Origin: Macrostomum lignano
Lineage: Eukaryota
Length of the DNA stretch: 64,000 nucleotides
Assembly (NCBI GenBank): GCA_002269645.1
Contig: NIVC01002956.1
Span: 62,001-126,000 of the forward strand
Direction of reading: 5' to 3'
Shown: piece by piece, positions 20,378 through 35,689 of the stretch
Layout: each line of letters begins with the position of its first letter
Position numbering within the stretch: position 1 is the first letter of the stretch
Position numbers and translations under genes: made by a program
Notes under the pieces: generated by a model
Told to the model about the DNA's origin: nothing
What the model saw: only the letters and a program-made list of their open reading frames with translations
Database searches by the model: none

Positions 20378-21121
20378 TTTGATCGACTGTTGCGGCGAAT
20401 CGGCATCCATCGCTGGCAGTGGATCTTTACCGAAGCTGGCCATGGCAAGGGTGCTGCTGACGGTGTGGGAGCGGCCATTAAGCGGCGGTGCGACAACCGG
20501 GTGTCCACAGGTGAGCAGAGGCAGGTGGTCACGGTGCAGGACATGATGGAGGCGATGATGATCGGTGGCAGTGACGAAGAGAAGAAGATTTTGCTTTTCG
20601 AGGTTACAACCAGTGACATCGAAGAGTTTGGAAATGTGCTGCAGATGGTGAACCTGTCTACGATGCCGGGCATTGCCAACTGCCACCACGTCTGCCGAGT
20701 TGATGAAAACGGCATCTTGTATCGGGAGCTGGCCTGTCTCTGCACAGAAGCTACTGATTGCTGTCGGTGCCACAACGCAAAGCTGTGGCAACCACTGGCT
20801 TTGCCACCGATGCCGAGACAGACAGTGCTGTCGGTGAAAGATGCAGTTGGTGCTGCAGGGTGTTCAACTGGAAAACGTGTCAGGGGTCGAGAACGAGGTC
20901 GTGATCATAGTAAGTCGGGGGCTGATGTCGAGCGCTGCAGTTCTACCATCTGTATTCAACCTGCAAGTTCGAGAATCCAGTGGATTCAATGTGATGGCTG
21001 TGATGCTTGGCATCATTGTGAATGTGCTGGCTTTCCACCAAATAGCAACCTGCCACAAAACTATTATTGCTCACCTGATTGCGCCTTCGACATCACACAG
21101 GCTGAGATGAGGGAACTTTGA
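20375..21121 (+). pseudogene. 5'-truncated transposase-like C-terminal fragment with a C-terminal PHD finger
   Basis: WQWIFTEAGHGKGAADGVGAAIKR motif, common in metazoan DNA-transposon proteins (family not assigned); CSSTIC...WIQCDGCDAWHHCECAG...YYCSPDC PHD; no ATG, begins at the YR2 end block. Confidence 0.65.
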
Positions 21122-24100
21122 ATATTAACGAACTCAACTCACATGGGAATCAATTTTTAGTTTTCAATGCTATTTATTTTATTACGAGCGAAGCATCGAT
21201 CCAGTGACTTAGGTTATTAGGCAGTTTTTCTTTGACTTGGGCTTGAAAGACACCACTTGGTTTTTAATGAAGACACCACACGTAAATTTTTAAAACTTTA
21301 TGCATCACACACTAACTGTAATCGGAAAGGTCTTAATCTCTTCCGGTACTTGAAAACCGCACCGAACTGGATAACATGCATGGGCGGGTGGGGAGAAAAA
21401 CGATTTTGGAATCAATGTGACAGCAATGCGATGTACATGAAAGATCAGAGCAGACAAGGGGTGAAGAGGAGGGAAAGAAATTGTCTTCAACCAGTCTGCA
21501 GTCAGTCAGTTTGTCCTCCAGTCGGGGCAGTACAGAAGCTCAGCGCTTACGGTCTCACAAAAAACTAAGTCTGGTATTGGGTTATACCGGTAGATCCCAG
21601 TCAGCCGGCCGTCTGTTGTGACCACAGCTGACCTCCTTAACCCTCTATGGATATGCCATTGCAGTGAGGTCAAGGTCCACATGCTAAAGCACGCGCCCCT
21701 TAGTGTTTACAGATCCATGCTAAAGAAAGTCACGGCTACAAGGAAGCACCCAAAGAAACTCCTATCTATAACTACGGCAAAAATTTTGGGGGTGTAGGCA
21801 TCAAACAGTTCTAAGACCCTACAGTGCTTCATGTACAGTTTATAAGTTATCCAAGACGACCGGCTTCACTACGCGAGATGCCCCAAATGCCAAATTCTCA
21901 CATAAAAAAATCTAAAACAATGTAGGAGTCAAAAACACACAATACTTAAAATATAATTTATAGCATATAATCAAAATAGCTACTGTAGTCTTCTATGCAT
22001 AGAGTGGATCGATTCCTGGATCTCGTGCAGGTCTTTTGAAGGACAGTCAATCAATTCATATAGTGTATTATTGATGCTGAAGTAAACTTAATTTTCTGGA
22101 TTCTCTTTAAAACCTGTCTTCAAATCTGAAGTGAAATAAAGCTCATTATATTAGCTCCATATTAAATAAGCTAACGAAGTACTTTTAATGTCTTTTTGAA
22201 GCATCTAAATAATATATATATGAATATTCAATGTCTATTGAAGCTATGCACAGACTTCTCAGAAGTGTCGAAGTCCTAATAGGTACTTTCAAATCAGTGG
22301 TTTGTTTCATACTTTTGTATCAAGGAATTGGATTTGAATATGTGCTTCATTTTACAAATAAGATTCTTTCCACTGATGTTTGTTAATTTTTCATCTTTAA
22401 ATTTAGCTTATTAAAACTAAATGGCGAATGGTTGAACTTCAAAGAAATTTTTTTAATTATTTGCATACAAAAAATTTCCAATTTTATATCGACTTGTTCC
22501 ATTCATTTCATTTACATCCATTCTTGTTTCATTTACATATTCTGAATTTTTAAGAACTTGAAGACAAACAGGTTAACAAGACTGATGTAAAAGAATTTTT
22601 TTCTTCGAAGTTAAAAACGTGTGGTGTAACTATTTTTAAATAGTAAAACAAAAGCGAATACAACTATTAAAGTTGTTTACCTTTGTAACTTGAAAAAAAA
22701 TAAATGGACAGATATATTACTTTTTAATGTTTTATATGCAATTTAATCAGATATTCTAAAACAACGACATAGTCGTTTATAGACCCTTAAGTCTTAACAG
22801 TAAAATAAACAAACACGCCTTTTTATTGAATATTCAAGGATTTTGTGGTTTAATAAACCTATATCTGTTGTGGTGCCAGAAATGAAAATTTTAAAGCCAA
22901 AAAAGTAATATTTTATGCTGTATATATTTTTTTTCATAAATTCCAGCCAAGATTTGAGAACTACCCATTTACCCCCCGTTTAACGTTCAATTCAAATAGT
23001 ACATGTAGTCTATCCTCGAGCCAAGATGATGTGGTGACTGGACTATAACAAACAATTTAGCTGCTGGTGCATGCTCAAGTGTTAATTCGTTCACTCGTTT
23101 CATATTTTAGACTTCACTCTACTATTCTACAAATAGAAAGAATCGAATTGAAGCAGAAAAATAATTTAACGAAAGATTGTATAAGCTCAAGCCAGTATTG
23201 TTTTTTCTGAACTTGAAAAGTAGCTCATATTAAATTTAAATATAGCTCGTTCTCGTACGCGGAAATTACGAATAATTTGCGCAGCTCAAACATACTAATA
23301 CTAAATAATAGTAGTAGTAAGATACTTACCTATCGGAAGAACACGGCCTAAGTTTCAATAGAAACTCGATTTCTCAGGCTGCGCTCCGAGAGTCGGGTGG
23401 GGCTTTATTATCTAAACAGACCAGACCCCCAATTCAGTCAACCCCCAAGCCCCAACCCCTGCAGACGGCCCCGACGGATCACAGCCAATCAAAGAAGCGG
23501 ACGGGGTTAATTTAAACAACACGGTTTGGCTTTGGGTGAAATTTAATCGATAAAGCGAGTGAGAGGGCTCAACAATAAAACTTAAATTAAGAGCTTCTTA
23601 CTCTTGTTTTTTCACACCCCGAGCCAGCTGATTTGTAATTATTTGTCTGGCCCCCATTGGAATGGAAATAGAATGGGCCTTCACTAAAACTCGAAGTGGT
23701 AAACAAAACCAGCATAGCATAACCAGCCACAGCAGCCAAGCCCAGATAAGACTTTTCTAGCGCTTGCCTGAAAATTTCTGACTGCAATTTGCAACCAGTT
23801 TTTGTGAAACACTTCCGATTGCGAATTTGCATTGCCTCCCGATGAGCTATCAAGATTAAGAGGCACTACTTCCAGTAGTTATTGTCGTGAATGTGCTTTA
23901 TAAAATATGCTTCTTTGCTAAAAGCTTATTACTAATCAATTATTGGCTTGAGTTGAATGGGAATTGGGAACGCATGAAAATGGAAAGTTAAAGCAAATTT
24001 AGTTTCGCCTATTAAATAAAATTCAAGTAAAAATTACTATCAGGAGAGAAACGCTGACAATCCGTAATGGTAGCTAAACTCAACGCAAAGCTTGCAGCGG

Positions 24101-24526
24101 AAAATTTTGAACAGGCCAGTTAAAACGCAACAAATAATAAGCCGGATTAATTTTCAAATTATAATAAATCCGGAACTAACAAAGCTTTGCTGAATTTTCT
24201 AAATTCCCTCGATTTTTTTATTTAGTTCGTAACTGCGTAGTTGCTGCAATAATCTCTCAATGCGGAACGAAACCTTATTGCATTTAGACTAGAGGAATTT
24301 CCGGGGTTTAAATTTAACTTGTCTGATAAAATAATCACTTACGAGCGTACTTGCAGTTCCACTGATGCGATACATGGCTATAACCCTATTAAATTTGCAC
24401 TTCCGGTGAATTCCTATGTGATCGAAGTGTCGCAGTTTAATTTTTAACCCCTTATTTTGTAAATTTAGGACTACAAATTTCTACTTCAAGCCAAGGGGAG
24501 CAACAAAATTCTATGGATGGGGAATT

Positions 24527-25278
24527 GCCCAGTTCTCGACAGGGGATTGCTAACTTCTAGACAGGGGATTGCTAACTTCTAGACAGGGGATTGCTAACTT
24601 CTAGACAGGGGATTGCCAACTTCTAGACAGGGGAGTGCCAACTTCTAGACAGGGGATTGCTAACTTCTAGACAGGGGAGTGCCAACTTCTAGACAGGGGA
24701 GTGCCAACTTCTAGACAGGGGATTGCCAACTTCTAGACAGGGGAGTGCTAACTTCTAGACAGGGGATTGCTAACTTCTAGACAGAGGAGTGCCAACTTCT
24801 AGACAGGGGAGTGCCAACTTCTAGACAGGGGATTGCCAACTTCTAGACAGGGGAGTGCCAACTTCTAGACAGGGGATTGCCAACTTCTAGACAGGGGAGT
24901 GCCAACTTCTAGACAGGGGAGTGCCAACTTCTAGACAGGGGAGTGCCAACTTCTAGACAGGGGAGTGCCAACTTCTAGACAGGGGATTGCCAACTTCTAG
25001 ACAGGGAGTGCCAACTTCTAGACAGGGGAGTGCCAACTTCTAGACAGAGGAGTGCCAACTTCTAGACAGGGGAGTGCCAACTTCTAGACAGAGGAGTGCC
25101 AACTTCTAGACAGGGGAGTGCCAACTTCTAGACAGGGAGTGCCAACTTCTAGACAGGGGAGTGCCAACTTCTAGACAGGGAGTGCCAACTTCTAGACAGA
25201 GGAGTGCCAACTTCTAGACAGGGGAGTGCCAACTTCTAGACAGGGAGTGCCAACTTCTAGACAGGGGAGTGCCAACTA
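24527..25278. repeat. 22-bp minisatellite (~34 copies)
   Basis: Unit aacttctagacaggggagtgcc. Confidence 0.95.
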
Positions 25279-26220
25279 AGTTTTAAGTTAGTTGCGCTAA
25301 GTTTTTTTGACGGACAAAGTTTTACACGAGCGCGAAAATTAACTAAAGTCTTGACGAATTAAAACAAATTCAGCCCTAGATTAACCGCCCAAAATGACCT
25401 TGAAACGGACTTCCAATTAAAATAAATATTAGTTCCATTAACAGACACATTAAGCACCCATTGTAGGGGTAAAAATTGACCTAAAAACGGCAATGGAATT
25501 TGGCCAACAAGTGGCCCCAGTCGGTGACTCCACACAGTGTGCTTGTTGACTCTGCAGTATTGACTCTATGCCAGCTGATCAAATGGAAAGCAATTTAACT
25601 CGATTTTTATACACTAAGGTTTCAGCTGCGGGTGACCGGCGGCCGCTTCTCTCCCTCCCGGCCCTGCTCCCAACTTTTCAACAATACAGTTTTCTTCAGC
25701 GAAAGCTTAATAGTGAGTCTACAATGTATTGGTTAGTTGTGTTATTATTTAATTTCACACAAATTGTAAGAGCACTGCTCAAAATTCAGAATGAAGAAGT
25801 AGTTATTTCATAGAATGCATGCAACTGCAAGTTTATATAATTATGGCGCTGTATTTTTAGCGCCACTGAGCTTAATTTATTGAAATACTAAATCTAAATT
25901 TGGTAATTTGGTATTTTTTCGGAAATAACAAAATTTTATTTGTTTTCGACTAAAATGTTGTACAAATAATTGTTATTTTCATTCTAAATGGATAAACAGA
26001 AAGTTTAATTTGGTCTTTGTTATAATTTACGTACTGCTATTTAATTTTTATGTCATACTCGTACGACTGAGTTGACATGTGGTGATATTGAATCAAGAAG
26101 TTGATTGCCCTTTTCCAATTAATAAATAGAGTTTTTTATTTAGCGAGGCTATAAATACATGCATTTCTTGTTTCGTTTATTTTTTTTTTTTTCGTACACA
26201 GAATCAAAATCTAGTAGGCG

Positions 26221-26515
26221 GAAAGGAGAGAGAGGCAGAGAGGAGGGAGAGAAACAGAGAGGAGGGAGAGAAACAGAGAGGAGGGAGAGAGGCAGAGAGG
26301 AGGGAGAGAAACAGAGAGGAGGGAGAGAGGCAGAGAGGAGGGAGAGAAGCAGAGAGGAGGGAGAGAGGCAGAGAGGAGGAGAGAGGCAGAGAGGAGGGAG
26401 AGAAGCAGAGAGGAGGGAGAGAAGCAGAGAGGAGGGAGAGAGGCAGAGAGGAGGGAGAGAGGCAGAGAAGAGAGCAGAGAGAAACAGAGAGAGAGAGGCG
26501 GAGAGAAAAGAAGGG
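26221..26515. repeat. GA-rich ~19-bp tandem repeat
   Basis: Unit gagagaggcagagaggagg. Confidence 0.9.
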
Positions 26516-26591
26516 GAGTCTGAGACTATACAGGAAAGAATATACAGACAGAGTGAGTAGATATACCCAAGCGGCTGCAGTGGAGCAAGGA

Positions 26592-26838
26592 GCACAGATG
26601 AGCAGCACATAATGCGGGTCAGCTAGCTGACAAAGGCTGGAAGACACCTGGGCACAGATGAGCAGCACATAATGCGGGTCAGCTAGCTGACAAAGGCTGG
26701 AAGACACCTGGGCACAGATGAGCAGCACATAATGCGGGTCAGCTAGCTGACAAAGGCTGGAAGACACCTGGGCACAGATGAGCAGCACATAATGCGGGTC
26801 AGCTAGCTGACAAAGGCTGGAAGACACCTGGGCACAGA
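26592..26838. repeat. 60-bp tandem repeat, 4 identical copies
   Basis: gcacagatgagcagcacataatgcgggtcagctagctgacaaaggctggaagacacctgg, no spacers. Confidence 0.95.
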
Positions 26839-26918
26839 TATAACCGAAGCAAACGGTGCAACTGAACAAAGCAATATAGCAGTAGTGTGTTTAGAAGTAG
26901 GCGAATTTCGAATCGAGT

Positions 26919-30203
<3,285 letters not shown>

Positions 30204-30484
30204 GGCTGAGCCGGCTGTGGGTGAAAACTGCGAGATGTCTTGTCCGCTCTCCTGCAGTAGGGGGATTTTTTCCCATTTGCTAACTGAATATGGAGCAGAG
30301 GAGCTGAAATTGCAGGTGGGGGCAACGGTGGGCCAAGCGAGCCAATGCGGTGCGGCTGGAATCTCTGGGACTGGCGTGCGGTCTGGGGATTTCTTTGAGG
30401 GCCAACTTTCAGGCTGGCCCTCGGATGATTCCACAGCAATAACAAAACCAATTACATGTTGAATCACTGTTTTAGAATTTACAG

Positions 30485-30770
30485 TCTACAGGCATACAGT
30501 AGATTTGAGTAAAAATCTACAGGCATACAGTAGATTTTGTGAGAATCTACAGACATACAGTAGATTTGTGTGAATATCTACAGGCATACAGTAGATTCGT
30601 GTGAGAATCTACAGGCATACAGTAGATTCGTGTGAGAATCTACAGGCTTACAGTAGATTTGAGTAAAAATCTACAGGCATACAGTAGATTCGTGTGAGAA
30701 TCTACAGGCATACAGTAGATTTGTGTGAGAATCTACAGACATAAAGTATAGATTTGTGTGAAAATCTACC
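30485..30770. repeat. ~30-bp tandem repeat with an internal tctac/gtaga hairpin
   Basis: Unit tctacaggcatacagtagatt(t/c)gtgtgagaa. Confidence 0.9.
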
Positions 30771-31646
30771 GGCAAACACCGCATGTCTGCATTATACAAG
30801 CTCGTACAGTTATCGACAGGATCGACAGGACATCGATCTGAGTGTACATTGCACAGGTTATGCCGAACAGGGGAGCGCAGTACTTGAAGAACATATACAG
30901 GAGTCCCATTGAGACAAAAGGAAAATCAGGCAGTCAGAAATCTCTTTTTTTGCTTTTCCGATTAAGAGCACAAATATTATAACAAATCTGGAATATCAGT
31001 TAAACAAAGCGAACAAAAACGCTGCCCAAGTCAGGCGGCGCGGATGTTACTGGAGATGGGGAGGGGGTAAATGATGGAGGATCATAAACTGGGCGGGGGA
31101 AATCTTCATTAAGGAATGGGATATCAAGGTGTGCCCGGGCGAGGTGTCGGGGATATAAGGGAAAACAGATAATATTTATATTGATAATAAATAACACTGG
31201 GCGCGAACCCGCCTCCACCATAGCTGCTGCTCCCAGATCTGCCGGCATCAATTTCAGCCTTATCGCAATCTGTATGTGCCGGGAAAGTCATCTATCAGGG
31301 ATGGGATCTACCCGCTGCTGACCGAGGCCCCGCGGTTGCCGCTGCTGTTGAAGGCTCTGTGCGATCACTCCACAGATCCGCGTCTGTTGTGCAGCCACAA
31401 TGCCATCAATCCGAGTGCAGTTAAGACTCGACTGCCGCGGTCCCATGCCTTGAAAATATTCAGGAGCTTGAGAAAAGAACTTCAGAAGCCAACTTTAGAA
31501 ACTTCAGAACAGAACTGCAGTTGAACTTGAGTAATTTTAGAGCAGAGCTTTAGAGTAACAATCAAATCAACTAAATATAGTGAAGGGGTCAAGGGTTGTA
31601 GTTGTAGCCAGCGGAGCGGTGGCGCCCAAATAGCTGGCAAAAGTAT

Positions 31647-31990
31647 ATGCTGGCGCCCCTGGTGCTGGCGCCCCTGTCGCTGGTGCCCCTGTCGCTGGCG
31701 CCCCTGGTGCTGGCGCCCCTGGTGCTGGCGCCCCTGGTGCTGGCGCCCCTGGTGCTGGCGCCCCTGGTGCTTGCGCCCCTGGTTCTTGCGCCCCTGGTGC
31801 TGGCGCCCCTGGTGCTGGCGCCCCTGGTGCTTGCTCCCCTGGTGCTTGCGCCCCTGGTGCTTGCGCCCCTGTCGCTGGCGCCCCTGTCGCTGGCGCCCCT
31901 GTCGCTGGCGCCCCTTGGTGCTGGCGCCCCTGGTGCTGGCGCCCCTGGTGCTGGCGCCCCTGGTGCTGGCGCCCCTGGTGCTGGCGCGCT
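31647..31990. repeat. 15-bp GC-rich minisatellite
   Basis: Unit ggcgcccctggtgct. Confidence 0.95.
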
Positions 31991-32088
31991 AGATCACCGG
32001 TGAAAGACCAACCTGTCCAGCTCAGGTCACAGGTGAGAGAACAACCTGTCCAGCTCAGGTCACAGGTGAGAGAACAACCTGTCCAGCT

Positions 32089-32291
32089 CAGGGACTACTC
32101 GAACACCGGGACGGGAAACTTGGAATTCTTTACGAGGCTGGTCTTTTAGCAGCAGTAGAAAATAACCATAGACAACAAAGTAACACAGCATCGCTCTATG
32201 AAAATAAGCCAGCCAGCCTCGTCTTAGCTGCTAAAAGACCAGCCTCGTAAAAAATTTCTAGTTTCCCGTCCCGGTGTTTGAGTAGTCCCTG
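32089..32291. mobile_element. hAT-like MITE, 203 bp, ~65-bp TIRs, 8-bp TSD
   Basis: cagggactactc(g/a)aacaccgggacgggaaact... TIRs; TSD gtccagct at 32081-32088 and 32292-32299. Confidence 0.9.
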
Positions 32292-33239
32292 GTCCAGCTC
32301 AGGTCAGAGGTGAGAGACCAAGTATAAGAGTATTCTAGCCAGCCAATAAGTATCGAAAATAAAATTTTGTGACAGATCCAGCTGGATAGGTCATACGTAT
32401 CCGAAAGTCCAGATACTTAGACAGAATTCCACGCAACATTCAAGGAAGCCAAAATTGTATGGCCCTTTCGGCAGGCACAGCAATCCTGTTCAACTCCTTC
32501 TGTCTTCGGGCCAGCAGCCCCCTTATCTTCATTCCGTCCGGCTATCCTATGAAAGACGCTGGCATCGCCCGCATGCCGCAGGATAGTTTATAATTCGCCT
32601 CAGCGAAGCGCGTCAACATTCCAATCCGCGAGGGTGTCGGTCGCAAAACTTTTTTGTTTTCAAAAACACTCCAGACCGCAGACTGTCCTACTGGCAGGGG
32701 GGATCAGATTCAAAACAAACACCGAACACTGGGGAGGGTCAAGAAGTGCTGCAGTTTTTTAAACATTCACTTTTGGCTGTGAAGTCAAGGAGACCGCGCG
32801 GCTATCCAGCATCTGGAGTGCTGCTCTCACTTCTTGGCGACAATCGCTAAAGATATTATAAGCTCCCCACTGTAGTAGCTGAAGTATCCTAAATAAAGCT
32901 TTTACAACTTAATTGCATGCTAACTCACGAGTTGTCTCACTTGTTAATTCACTGGTTGTCGGGGAGTTACGAGCAACTTAAAATGTCGAAAAATCGTGTC
33001 GAAGATAATTGCCGAAGGTTATGTGTGTAAAACGGTAAAAGTATTCGCTACGCTAGCTTGTACGCGTCTATAGTCCGCAATGCGCCCTGGCTTGTTTATT
33101 TACTCGCACAAGTCAGTGTGAAACTGCTGTAAAGCTTTGCTGATTCGGGAGCGAATCAGTTTATTGGGCAACAGGCTCGTGTTTTCCGCCTGGCGTCTTT
33201 GCACTGCTTCAAAGCTACATGTACCTGCGTAACTGTCCA

Positions 33240-33835
33240 CAGGTGAGAGTTAAGAGACTAACCTGTCTAGCTAGGTCACAGGTGAGAGACTAACCTGTCC
33301 AGCTCAGGTCATAGGTGAGAGACCAACCTGTCCAGCTCAGGTCACAGGTGAGAGACTAACCTGTCCAGCTCAGGTCATAGGTGAGAGACTAACCTGTCCA
33401 GCTCAGGTCATAGGTGAGACCAACCTGTCCAGCTCAGGTCACAGGTGAGAGACTAACCTGTCCAGCTCAGGTCATAGGTGAGACCAACCTGTCCAGCTCA
33501 GGTCACAGGTGAGAGACTAACCTGTCCAGCTCAGGTCACAGGTGAGAGACTAACCTGTCCAGCTCAGGTCACAGGTGAGAGACCATCCTGTCCAGCTCAG
33601 GTCACAGGTGAGACCATCCTGTCCAGCTCAGGTCACAGGTGAGACTAACCTGTCCAGCTCAGGTCACAGGTGAGAGACTAACCTGTCCAGCTCAGGTCAT
33701 AGGTGAGCCCAACCTGTCCAGCTCAGGTCATAGGTGAGACCAACCTGTCCAGCTCAGGTCACGGGTGAGAGACTAGCCTGTCCATCTCAGGTCACAGGTG
33801 AAAATAAAATGTCCATCTCAGGTCACAGGTGAGAC
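33240..33835. repeat. 31-33-bp minisatellite (a few copies also at 32005-32320)
   Basis: Unit acctgtccagctcaggtcacaggtgagagacta. Confidence 0.92.
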
Positions 33836-35689
33836 CAAGTATAAGAGTATTCTAGCCAGCTGAGATGCGGACAAATAAAAATTACTAAAAAAGACTCTGT
33901 GCATCGCATCAAACTGTTTAAAGCGAGAAAAGCCGAGCTTAAAACCCGAAACAGCTGGTTGGTTAACAAAAAGCAGCAAGGCGGTGCGATTAAATATCAA
34001 TTTATTTTTTATAACAAAAACAGTGCGAAAAATAACAATTTTGTAACGCAAAGCGAGCAAAAATTGCTTTTGAAATTGCAAAGCTGGATAGCGCAGAAAT
34101 TCAATAAGCAGCATTTTTGAACGCTGTGAGAGCTGCACTAGGGCAGTGATTGGCTTCTGGTTGAATTTCGGGAGCGCGGAATTCCCAACGATTTTGACTA
34201 CTCTTAGTAACATTGAGAGTGCAGTAACTAAGGAAGTATGTAATTCTAAGACAGCTCTTTCCAGGCCAAACAACTTCAGCTAGTGTTTAATAAGCTTAAC
34301 AAAACTTCAAAATCGAAAAGGAAAATATGATAAAAATAAGATCTAGTAGCACCTGATTATTGGTTAATTGAGCACTTATTCGCAAAGTTTGAGTTAGCGC
34401 AAAACTAATAAAAAGACTGTATGTATATATTTGGGAATATTAAAAGCAATTTGCAGCAAAAAAGTTCAATTTTGCTGAGCATCAAATCGAAACAAAAAAT
34501 GCTTTGGTGTAGGAACTGAGAATTATCAACCAATGGGATGTTAAAAAATATGCAACTCAAAGGCTAGGAGAACAAAACAGGATAACATTGCACGCTTTTC
34601 AACAAAATCAGAGGCTTATATTGATTATGTAATTAACAAAAATATGAATAAAAACCAATATAGATAGATATAGGTAGATATATAGAAATCGTATAAAGGC
34701 AGCACAATGTGACCGGCAGAATGCCGCACAAACAGTAACAAAATAACGCGCATTATAACAAACTGCAACCCGACTCTGCCCAAAAACAGACAATGCTCAC
34801 ATTCCAGCTGAAATCTTCTCGGTCAGCAGTCAGCACCACACAGGTACTAAAATAGCTAGATAGGCCGCTCAGCAAATTTGCGTGTCAGTCAGCTACTCTT
34901 TCAGTTCAGTAGAAAGTGAAACAGGCACGTTTTCATTTATTCTAAGACAAAACCAATGAATAATTGAACAAAACTGCACACTGACGCAAGATCAAAATCA
35001 ACCATATCAAAGATTTGCCCATTCACAAAAGTACATTATCTCCTCTTGTTGCAAGTCTCATTCGTCGTTTATATTTATTTATCCAAGTTTAATTGGTTCA
35101 ATTGTGAACACCCATGCACTGGGTTAGTTCTTCTTATCTTTTATCAATTAGCGCGTGCCGAAAGAGTCAACCGAAACTGATTGCCTCTCACCCCGTTAGC
35201 TGAAGCCCTCCCGCCGGGACTTTCCGCATATAACCTCTACCCCAGCCACGCCGCCCGATTTTTATTGCCTTCCCCTGTGTGCCCCGTCTAAATCTGGCAT
35301 GTACATTCAAGCGGCGCGGCTAATGTACATTACCGCTAAATCAATAACAAGCTGTTTACGTCTGAAAGCTTGGCTTCTTGTCTTATAAGTCATTTCAACT
35401 GCCTTTTGTTGGAAGCTTTATGCATTCCTCTTTGCCACTGAAAGTAGAAGAGCTGTTTTACTAAGCAAGTGGCCAATCTAGTTATTTCAGTCTGTGATGA
35501 GTCCTGGATAAAATGGGGATCAAAAACAAAAAAAACAGCAAAAACACAAACAACAACAAGTGCCCAAGCGATGACAAAACGTGTGCAAAATTAGAGAGAT
35601 GGGAAAGTTTAAAACAGCACAACAACCGCAAAGAACAAAAACCTGGTCTGTGGGGAGAGACGGCGCACAACAGAGAATGCTTAACCGAC

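Noticed and set aside
21130-23400. Right TIR for the transposase-PHD element (e.g. ...acacggcc near 23347)
   Set aside because: No left partner in the window to confirm it
26592-26838. CRISPR-like appearance of regular repeats (also 24527-25278)
   Set aside because: Head-to-tail identical units with no unique spacers, no cas genes, eukaryotic context
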